Source of the DNA: Neolecta irregularis DAH-3 | Lineage: Eukaryota | Assembly: GCA_001929475.1 (NCBI GenBank) | Contig: LXFE01000257.1 | Location: 60,967-80,966 of the forward strand | Length of the DNA: 20,000 bases | Direction: 5' to 3' | Part shown: positions 10,819 to 19,722 of the stretch, one piece after another | Numbering within the stretch: the first letter of the stretch is position 1 | How the letters are laid out: each line of letters starts with the position of its first letter | Notes under the pieces: model-generated | What the model was told of the DNA's origin: nothing | The model's database searches: none | Seen by the model: the letters and a program-made list of their open reading frames with translations, nothing else | Program-made: the position numbers and the translations under genes

Positions 10819-11955
10819 TCAAGTTTGTCCTCGACCGTCCGGCCACCATGAAGGCCTAAATACTTTGACCCCAATGATCCTAGATGCTCCATTGCTGTCT
10901 GCCCAATGGATATGGAATTTTTGATCTGCCGCACACCACATATCCTCCAGCCTAGCCAATACGAGCCCTACGTTCCCGATTCCATTGCAGAACTTCCCTG
11001 CGTTTCGCCCGGGCTTAGAAGCTTTAAATATTGGCGTTTTCCCGGGCTTAGAATCTTTAAATATTGGCGTTTGCCTGGGCTTAGAATCTTTAAATATTGG
11101 CGTTTGCGGCGAGGGCAAAAGAATCTCTGACGGGTGGTAAACCAATGTCTCTGGCGGTAACTGCTCTGGGTCATAAAACACTGCCGGTAAGATTCGCTTC
11201 CGGATTACGCCAGTATGATAGGTCCGGATGGTAAGCTCTTGTCCAATATAGCATCCTTTGTGGAGATCAACTAAAGATTCAGCATCTGGGGAAATGTGGT
11301 GAAATACTCCCACCCATATAATCAATACAATGTTCCATGGGCAACGCAGCTCCTTGCGAAATCTCTTCCCTACCTTCTGGAATTCCGTTCAGATATCTCT
11401 TGACATGGTAGTCTCGAGTGTCACCTTCTTGGGCGTTCAGCTCAGGTCGCCTGGTCGAAGGCACTAATACTCGGCTTCCCATCTCCGGAGCACGGCTATC
11501 TTGACATCCGATGTATTTTTCAGCCGAGGGAGTATTCCAGACATTCCAATCGTCTAATAAACGTATTTGACACCGAGCTCGTAGCTTATAGCGTTGTAAG
11601 TGGGTCACCAATCCATCTGTGCATTTCGAATCCACCTCGACGATGTAGGCCGGGTCTTCTGAATTGGAATGGTTCCTCCATTCTGACTTGTGATGAGCGG
11701 CATATATGAAGGAATCGTAAAGAACACGGCCCTCAAACTTAGACTTGGTGGTAGATGTGTGAGTCATACCGAAGGTAAGAGAAAGGCAGTGTATATGCCA
11801 CTTGTGCAAGCACTATTGATCGAATTCGTCACCAAACCATGTAGAAAGGTAGCCGCATCTGCTCCTTGGACAAGCACCAAGCCTCTTGCACTGGATAAAT
11901 TGTAAAAGGTTGTGCGTAGGGCAGCTGTGGAAGAGAAGCGGCGAAAAAGTAGCAT
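10819..11955 (-). CDS. IBA57: Mitochondrial Fe-S assembly factor Iba57/Caf17 (YgfZ/GcvT fold)
   Basis: Presequence-like [46 protein letters not shown], signature [26 protein letters not shown]. Introns 11732-11769 and 11271-11307. Confidence 0.94.
11008..11106 (+). repeat. 33-bp x3 coding tandem repeat in IBA57
   Basis: Units cccgggcttagaagctttaaatattggcgtttt / cccgggcttagaatctttaaatattggcgtttg / cctgggcttagaatctttaaatattggcgtttg. Confidence 0.97.
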
Positions 11956-12062
11956 CGAGGAGAAGCGGTAAACTCCTACTGTACAAGTGCATATGGTCAG
12001 CAAGGCACAGGACATACAGCCGTCAAGCGGAAATTTTGAGAAAGAGTGGAACGCAGTAGAAT

Positions 12063-12094
12063 TGTGCATATATGCATGTATGCATATATGCACA
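12063..12094. repeat. Perfect 15-bp inverted repeat with 2-nt spacer in the IBA57/SNF4 divergent promoter
   Basis: tgtgcatatatgcat-gt-atgcatatatgcaca. Confidence 0.95.
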
Positions 12095-12138
12095 GAGCCT
12101 TGCAGAGAGCTCCTGCTCCAGACCTGGCATCCACCATT

Positions 12139-13380
12139 ATGGCTTCAACACTGCATGAATCTACGAGTGAAGACACACTCGATGCCGCCCAACAGGATGC
12201 TCTGGTATGCCGCTGTTCTACACCTCTGCTTATCCGACAAAGGACGCAATCAGATCGTTCATCCAGAGCAGGACCAGCTATGATGTCTTCCCCGTTAGTT
12301 TCCGGTTGATTGTCCTCGATACTCAACTCTTGGTCAGGAAAAGCTTAAACATCCTACTGCAAAACAGTATATGCTATTTTGTAGTAATTATTGACAACGA
12401 GACATCGTTTCAGCGCCGTTATGGGATAGTAACGAATCTAAATTCTCCGGATTGCTCACGGTTTCCGACTTCATCAATGTCATCCAATACTACCAACGAC
12501 ATACTTCTCTCCCACAGGCGCTCTTGGAGATGGAAGATTTCAAATTACATGGCTTACGAGGTATATATATCCCCCCATAATGTAGCTCACTCCAGATATT
12601 GAGAAAAAGATTGGAGCACCTCCTCCGGAGACGTACTATATTGCGCCCTCGAGGAGCCTGTACGATGCGTGCAAGTACCTCATCAAGTCAAGAGCAAGAC
12701 GAATACCCTTGGTTGATATCAATACTCATACAGGCAAAGAAATGCTCGTCTCCGTACTGACCCAGTATCGCATTCTCAAGTTTATCGCTGTGAATGTACG
12801 ACCATTCTTTATTCGTACCTCTTATTTTATAGTGCAAAGAGACTACGCTACTGAAAAAATCACTTGCAGAACTTCATATTGGGACTTATGACGAGCTATT
12901 GACTGCTGATATGAATACTCCGGTTCTGCGTGTGATTGACATGCTCGCCAAACATGATATAGCCAGTGTTCCTATCGTCGACAAAGAAGGTGTGTAGTTC
13001 TCGAGTAGATTAAGCCTAATGTTGAAGGCGTCGTGCTTAATGTCTATGAAGCCGTTGATGTCTTGACTATTATTCGCGCTGGGCAGTATGGCGATTTGGA
13101 GCTTACAGTTGGTCAAGCTTTGTTACGTCGTCCAGATGTATGTAGTTGTGGATAATTCTCTTAATAATATGTGTAGGAGTTCGCCGGTGTTCATAAATGC
13201 ACTGAGCAGGATACCTTGGCAGGCATATTCAATACAATTCGTCGGGAGCGACTTTATCGGCTTGTTGTAGTAGATGATGCCGGGAAACTCAAAGGCATGG
13301 TCACTCTCAGCGATATTTTAAAGTATATGCTCGATGGCAATGGGGATGAACACATGGAGCATCACCGAGCGAGTCCATGA
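12139..13380 (+). CDS. SNF4: AMPK/Snf1 gamma subunit (CBS domains)
   Basis: [111 protein letters not shown]. Introns 12205-12242, 12367-12401, 12561-12595, 12796-12832, 12990-13027, 13138-13176. Confidence 0.96.
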
Positions 13381-13555
13381 TTATTTATATTTCCTTTCAA
13401 AGGATATCATAGAAGGAACAAGAAACTGTAATTTTAGATTATTTTCCTGGCAAAGCTTGTATATTCTCTACCACCAGTTTTGTCATGTCCCGTTGGGAGC
13501 TAGGTTGTATTTGTTGTAATTAACGCAAGTAGCAACTACCTTCATCTCGATTTAT

Positions 13556-14118
13556 ATGGCTCCCCGAAAAATGTCATATATTCAAGTGCTTGCAGTAGCT
13601 GTCGTGACAACAGGGATAGGCTACCTCGCTTATTCATACTGCGCTCCTTTAGTCGCAGCTCCAGTAAAGCCGCGCAAGGTTGCTGTGATCATGGATAAAG
13701 TATCCTCATGGAACTCTTGCCACACTCTAACAAAGTGTAGTCTATCAGCATCCCAAGCAACGCAAAAGAACGATCTGATCTAGTCGTTCTCGTAAATGTA
13801 GAGGAGCATCCTGATATAAATCTTGCTGAGCAGGAAACCAAAGTGCACGACGCATCGTGTATCCTAAAATGCCGGAAGCGGGATGGAATTGTCCATATGC
13901 TGAGAATGCTCGGCGTCGACGTAATTGTTCTTTCTGAAGAGTACCAAGACTTGATACCCCAGCTCAGGGGTTTGTCCTCACTCTAGATCTTGCTGATCGC
14001 AGAATGGGCACCTCGGGTCATAGTATTCACCAAGACAAAGGATGAATGGAATGGTAAAGTGAGATATCTAAATGAGCAGAGATGGGATGCCACCATCTTT
14101 GGGACTCCAGGTAAGTAG
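13556..14118 (+). CDS. Probable Pex22-like peroxisomal membrane protein
   Basis: N-terminal TM helix (VLAVAVVTTGIGYLAY), then KVAVIMDK, ILKCRKRDGIVHMLRML and EWAPRVIVF, resembling fungal Pex22-like proteins from memory. Introns 13700-13740 and 13970-14002. The 3' end is uncertain. Confidence 0.6.
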
Positions 14119-14226
14119 CAGCTGGACTTGGAATGCTGTGTTGTATGAGTATTTATAAGCCAATGAAGATCATCAAGTTCTGGCGGGGCAAACAAAACAA
14201 ATTCTACAAAAGCTCGCTTCAAAATC

Positions 14227-15171
14227 CTACAAGAAACGTCTAAACCAACCTAGCGTAATTTCAAATGCCTAGCTTGTGAGAAAATTCGCAGGATCAACGG
14301 ATACCTGCTCTTTGGCGTGCCTTGATTTCACGTCACTTGGCTCGAATCGTAGGGCGAAGCCGTGCTCGGCATCAAGTTCTGTAATCTGAATTTCGATATT
14401 TCGTTTCTGTGCTTCGTTCTTGGCGTGTTCTTGAAGTTCTTTGGAAAATACGAGTTCATTCTGCGTTAAAATATAGTGTATTGGACAGATAACGCCGTCA
14501 AAATCCGCAGCTTCAATACCGGTTGGATGACAAACAATACCAGCCTCAATATATTCCAATTTTAGAGTATAACGACCTAATGTCAAGTTCAAAAACTTCA
14601 AAAATGGCGCGGCACCTCCCCAAGAAAATCCTATCGCTCCAATTTTTCGTACGCCGTGCTCAGTGCGCAAAGCTTCAATGTAGGCTCTCAAAATAGCCAT
14701 GGTGCGTTCTTCATTGTGTCTTCTTCGCCAGAAAGGGACGTAAATGGCCGTCGCGATGCCATGTTTAATCTGCCCATTAAATCATCGACTAAGCGCGAGC
14801 GAGAACCTTCTCAATGACAAACCTGTCAGGAGACTGCGCTGGCAGCACTTCTTCCGGAATGGGATCCCCCTCGAGTAAATCCGGTATTACAACGTAATAG
14901 CCCTAGCAATGAGTGGTGTCCGAGACACGCATACATTAGAGGCGAAATCATCGCCTAGAACCCTTAAATTAGGATCTGAAAAGCCCAGCGCATCCGAAAG
15001 AACCAGGATACATTTTGAAGTATCTCCGCTCGACGGTTTGGCTACGTATGTGTCCAAGGTTGCAATAGTCGTGACAGATCCTGATGGAGTTGCATTATGG
15101 TGAAGGTCACTGATTGGATGGGAAAGAGCATCAAGGTCTTCAGAGAGCGCAGGCGAAAGAGACCGAGACAT
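14227..15171 (-). CDS. Dienelactone hydrolase-family alpha/beta hydrolase (AIM2-like)
   Basis: TYVAKP, ILVLSDALGF..PNLRVLGDDFASNGYYVVIPDLLEGDP, KIGAIGFSWGG, HPT, EHGFALR, AKEQAFEITLGWFRRFL. Introns 14903-14934, 14770-14806, 14577-14615, 14269-14304. Confidence 0.9.
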
Positions 15172-15615
15172 GGTGATTGAATGGGGCCGGTTTATTGATG
15201 GTCTGGTTCAAGGGTAGTTAGTGAAAAGCCGTTTGCGGCGTTCGGTGTCACTAACAACATCACGCTGCACTTTGCTATTATTCGTTCATGTGAACAAAAG
15301 ACAGGTTTATCTCTCATTAGCATGAGAGACGCTAGTTGTTATAACTTTGGTCACATGAAATAGAAAAATACAAAGAACCAGTAGTTGGCGTGATGATAAG
15401 CAATGTCGCCGGTTGAACACGCGAGTCCTTATTAATGTATCAGTTTCAAGCCACGTGAATGAGCGAATGTCGGGAATTTGGAACAATTCAACAAGGCTGT
15501 ATGCAGGGTTATTACGAGCTCATTGGGAAATATGCAAATGCGACTGTATGGTACAAAATGCCTGTAAAACCCGAAATGCAATTCCAACGCCAATAATAAA
15601 TTCCGACTTTGAAAA

Positions 15616-16878
15616 TCAAAAAGGCTGTTGGCCGTAATGAGGTACTACGCCTCTCTGCACATAGCTGCCGAATTCTCGGCCAACGGTGTGGTACCACATG
15701 CTGCGGACCTGCCCTGCAGAATCAAAAATTGGAACGGGGTTCATGAGTGTTTGCACTGGCTGTAGTGGCGCATAAGGGGAGTCGCGCATGTGAAGATATG
15801 GCGATAGCGAGGTGGGAGTCGATACCTGGGAGGACGTGGTGTGGAAAGGACTGAGGCGAGAGCAGTCGTATATTGTAGATGTTCTAGTGGCGGATGATGG
15901 TGAATTCCTTGGTAACTGCTCAAGTCGTAGTTTGGGCAACTGCGAACGCGAAATCGGAGGAAAGTGAGAACCAAGATAGGAAGGTAGAGCGTTGAAATTG
16001 AACTGGGCATGTCGTTTTGCAGGAGGAGCTGCGAGAGGTTCGGCATACGAGCGTTTTCTTGAAATTGATGAAGTACCTACCCACGATAGACGCCCAGAGG
16101 AGACTTTGAAGGGAGAAACGGGGGGAGGAACCGGCTGCCATTTGGATGTCGGGGTTAAACATGTCGATGGAGACGACGGTAAAGATAGATGTGTGCTGGT
16201 AGGACTAACATGATATCCTTCTCGAAACTGGAGAAAGCGAGCAAGAAGCTTTCTCCAATCTGCAAATTGCGATTCGCTGCAGTAAAGCTGGTAACGCATA
16301 TTGCTAAGAAACTCTGTCTCCATGACATGAATTTCCTTGACGGGTATTCTGGTGACATCTGCCCACGTCTTGTTGGTATAGGTGTTATCATCGAGGACTT
16401 GAGCTTAGTCGTTGTGCGCGAGTGGAAATACATTTATTCCCGAGCATCAGGGCAACAGTAAGCAAGCGATATTCACTTCCCGGCTTGCCGATAACTGAAG
16501 AGTTCATTGTCTTGAGGCGAAAGATGAACAACAAAGCAAGCATGACCACATTGCGAGACACTTGGGTCAAGGACAGGACGTCGCAGCACCAATTCACGAA
16601 AGCGGGCCGCGAGGCTGATGATGCTGAGAGCGGGGGCGACAGGTCGGCCTTGCCGGAAACGATGTTGGTGAGCGATAGTGTATTTTCAAACCAGAAATGA
16701 CAAGTCATCTAGGACGTGAGCCAGACTTGGGGGTGATGCAAACGTCGCAGGCGAATTGCGGGATGGAAGCATCCTGGATGGCGGGCAGGATGTGTCTGTC
16801 CAGCGGTGATGCGGGCATGGAGTGCTTGTTCTGGCGGTGCTTGTTGTCGGAGGGTGGTGTGTACTGGCCATAGCTCAT
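15616..16878 (-). CDS. Pho80/Pcl-family cyclin, Clg1/Mug80-like
   Basis: Cyclin box LSLTQVSRNVVMLALLFIFRLK...[50 protein letters not shown], with a long S/P-rich tail. Introns 16709-16743 and 16398-16431. An alternative in-frame ATG lies at 16935. Confidence 0.88.
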
Positions 16879-17196
16879 GACTGCAGGCTCGCACGCAGAT
16901 TCGAACAGCTGGAGGTAGGACACAGCACTAACCATTCTATTGCATTGGCGGATGCGGGTGCAAAACAGCGGCACCTAGGTTTCTTTTAACGATTACGGGA
17001 GGAGGCGGGAACTGAGACTGTATTATTAAGGCTGAGGTTCCGGGTGTCTGATGAACGCCGCAATCGATCTGTTAAGAAGTCAGCGCCTCTTTCAAGACAT
17101 TGGCATACCCAAACGCCTTTTCCCGAAATTTGTGGCCTAGTAGAGTAGTCAGGCAGCGTTACGGCAAGGGTGGCAATCGGAGGAATGTGACCTACC

Positions 17197-17255
17197 GGGA
17201 GGGAGGGAGGGATGGGAAACGAAGGCGCAATGACGGAAGGTCGAGGTGTTTTATA
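17197..17255 (-). promoter_or_regulatory. Putative core promoter of the cyclin gene: TATAAAA plus downstream CT-rich box
   Basis: Minus-strand TATAAAA at 17249-17255, followed by cccatccctccctccctccc (17197-17216). Confidence 0.45.
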
Positions 17256-18157
17256 GCATCTTTTGTGGTTCTCTTCGACTTCGCAGGGGTACCAGCATAT
17301 CGATCAATGATCGAGCTAGTTTAAATCCGCTCCTATCGACCCGTGAAAATCTCTCGTAAGCACGGCATGATACCTACTTTTTCATGCATCCTTTTCTCGG
17401 GTTCCCCGATTTTACTGTTCTTTTTTGATTGTCTCTGCGGCGTTTTCGTTTCACATGGGTTGTGCAAGCTCGGAGTTGCCTATTTTGACATGTAATTCCC
17501 AAATGGCCGACACTCAAATGGCAGAGTGGCTAACCGTTTGATGATGGAACAAATGTATTTGAGGCTACAACCCGGCTTTTCGCACGCTTCTGTACACAAG
17601 GGAACCCCTGAAGGAAAAACTAGAACAAAATCGGAGCCAAGCATTGGGAGTGATTTGTTTTCTGCACCTGCAATAGACTGCGGATCGTTGGCCACCCGAT
17701 GCCCGAAAACGCCAAGGAAACCTCTTCGGAAATAGAACAAAGCCGAACGCCACGACCAGTCAAACATCTTCTTTTGAGACCAGGCGAATTTGGAATGGGC
17801 TTGACATAGCGAGGGATAATAAAACAAAAGAGTGTTGATGGAACAGAGCAAGTGGAGCGCCTCCAGGGTTGGTGACATTCTTTAAGCAACAAATTTACAA
17901 TTTGCCCAGTCCAGACCGGAATGTGGCACTATTATAGAGGAGCGAGTACACGATCGCTAATGGGGCAGGAGACCTGGATTGATCCCCAACGATCTCTGCT
18001 AAAAGGGTGAGGCTACGTCATGCTTGTTATCTTGAAAACACAGCCATCCCTTGCTGATGCCTCTAATGCAGTGTTTTCCATGATGCTAATCCGTATTTAA
18101 CCCGAGCCTAAACAGTGCATGGGCGAATCAGTATTAACGAAGCCAGAAGGCGATGAC

Positions 18158-18238
18158 CGCAGGCAGGTGCCTAAACGGCGATGATGTAAATTGTCGCAGG
18201 CAGGTGCCTAAACGGCGATGATGTAAATTGTCGCAGGC
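18158..18238 (+). repeat. Perfect 37-bp tandem duplication (2.2 copies)
   Basis: cgcaggcaggtgcctaaacggcgatgatgtaaattgt at 18158-18194 and 18195-18231, then cgcaggc. Confidence 0.97.
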
Positions 18239-18461
18239 CAGGTGGTTAAACAAGTGTTTATGGGGCGGTGATGCAAATCAGGTTATAACCTGCAGGCATA
18301 ACCCGAGACAGATCAATGTCTGAGGCACGCCGCGGCAGAGGCAGTACAGGTTTCTATCGATAATGTCAGGCCTGATTGGCGATGACAGGCCAGAGTGCAG
18401 GATCTGGGCCCTGGCGTGGACGGGACGGGACAGGAGTATGCGGGCAGGGGCAACGAGGGAG

Positions 18462-18512
18462 GGCGGCACGGCGGAAGGCGGCACGGCGGAAGGGGCGGCA
18501 CGGCACGGCACG
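18462..18512 (+). repeat. GC-rich short tandem repeats upstream of CHS7
   Basis: ggcggcacggcggaa x2 followed by ggcac repeats. Confidence 0.75.
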
Positions 18513-18556
18513 TGGCAGCGACGCATAAATACGGGCGGCGGGGCGTCGCGGCCGCC

Positions 18557-19558
18557 ATGGCATTCGGCTCGTTTGCGGCGATCTGCAACGCGGCGCCGCT
18601 GCCGCTGTGCGCGCTGGTGGGGGAGCCGCGGGGCGCGGGGCCGGCGTGCTATGCGCGCAACATCGAGCTTGCGAACACGCTGATCTTCGAGGGGGCGGCG
18701 GCGGTGGTGCAGCTGGCGGCGCTGGTGATGGTGGGCGTGATGCTGGCCAACATCGGGGCCAAGTACACGGCGGTGGGGCGGCGCGAGATGGCGACGTTCC
18801 TGCACCTGTACGTGCTGCTGACGGCGGTGACGCTGGTGCTGGACGCGGGCGTCGTGGGCCCGCCGGCGCCGGTGTATGCGTGGGCGGTGGCCGCGCAGTG
18901 CGGGCTGGTCACCGCGACGAGCTGGTGCCTGCTGGGCAACGGCGCCGTCGGCTTCCAGCTGGCCGAGGACGGCACGCGCCTGTCGCTGGCGCTGCTGCGC
19001 GGCTCGTCGCTGCTCGTGTTTCTGGCGAGCAGCGGCGTCGCGCTGGGCACGTTCCGCGGCTGGATCGGCAGCACCGCCGCGCTGTTTGCGGTGCTGTACG
19101 TTGCGCCCGCCGCCATCCTCGCCGCCTACGCCGCGTCGCAGGTCTACCTCGTGCTCGCAACGCTGCGCGACCGCTGGCCGCTCTTCGACATCGCGTTCGG
19201 CGTCTTCTTCTTCGCGCTCGGCCAGGTCGCGCTGCACGCGCTGTCGCCCGCCATCTGCGCCCGCGCAAACCACTACCTCGACGGCCTGTTCTTCGTCGCC
19301 GTCGCAAACCTGCTCGCCGTCATGATGGTCTACAAGGTGCCGCCCCCGGCGTGTTGCCCTGCTCACCCGCAGTTCTGGGACTCGATCACAAAGGAGGATC
19401 TCGAGTTCAGCGTCAGCATGAAGGCCAACGTCTGGGAGGTCAAGGAGCGCCTGCTCCCCGACGACGACCGCAGGCCCTACGACTACAGCGACAGTGCAGC
19501 AAGCCTGCAGACGAGTGCGTACACCGGCCATCCCGCGCATGCCGCCAGCGAGTATTGA
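18557..19558 (+). CDS. CHS7: Chitin synthase export chaperone Chs7
   Basis: GCCGCCATGG start. MAFGSFAAICNAAPLPLCALVG, PACYARNIELANTLIF, KYTAVGRREM, LLGNGAVGFQLAEDGT, HYLDGLFF, LLAVMMVYK|FWDSITKEDLEFSV. One in-frame 36-nt intron at 19337-19372. Confidence 0.95.
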   Translation: MAFGSFAAICNAAPLPLCALVGEPRGAGPACYARNIELANTLIFEGAAAVVQLAALVMVGVMLANIGAKYTAVGRREMATFLHLYVLLTAVTLVLDAGVVGPPAPVYAWAVAAQCGLVTATSWCLLGNGAVGFQLAEDGTRLSLALLRGSSLLVFLASSGVALGTFRGWIGSTAALFAVLYVAPAAILAAYAASQVYLVLATLRDRWPLFDIAFGVFFFALGQVALHALSPAICARANHYLDGLFFVAVANLLAVMMVYKVPPPACCPAHPQFWDSITKEDLEFSVSMKANVWEVKERLLPDDDRRPYDYSDSAASLQTSAYTGHPAHAASEY

Positions 19559-19722
19559 TGGACATAGTAGACGGAATGGTCGTAATAGCCGTACCTGTAG
19601 TAAAAGAGTGCCTGCTTGTATAGTCCTGCTGTATCGCTGCATCGATGTGCGTGCGGTGGCACTCGCGCTCCGCTGCTGCCCGGCCAACCGCAGCCTGCCG
19701 CCCGCGTCGCCGCCGCACGACC

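Noticed and set aside
10596-11174. Alternative-frame ORFs overlapping IBA57
   Set aside because: Products of the stop-free tandem repeat and the 3' UTR, with no motifs.
14111-14159. Extra intron at GTAAGT near the end of the Pex22-like gene
   Set aside because: The unspliced frame stops naturally at 14118, no clear branch site is present, and nothing forces the intron.
17197-17216. G-quadruplex motif GGGAGGGAGGGAGGGATGGG
   Set aside because: More simply the complement of a CT-rich promoter box, so not reported as a separate finding.
17539-17611. Possible C/D box snoRNA (TGATGA...CTGA)
   Set aside because: No convincing terminal stem and no rRNA-complementary guide that I can recognise.
18158-18238. 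CRISPR-like 37-bp repeats
   Set aside because: The copies are adjacent with no spacers, the context is eukaryotic, and there are no cas genes.
18395-18556. N-terminal extension of the CHS7 ORF
   Set aside because: It starts at a non-ATG codon and runs through repeats. Homology begins at the GCCGCCATGG start at 18557.
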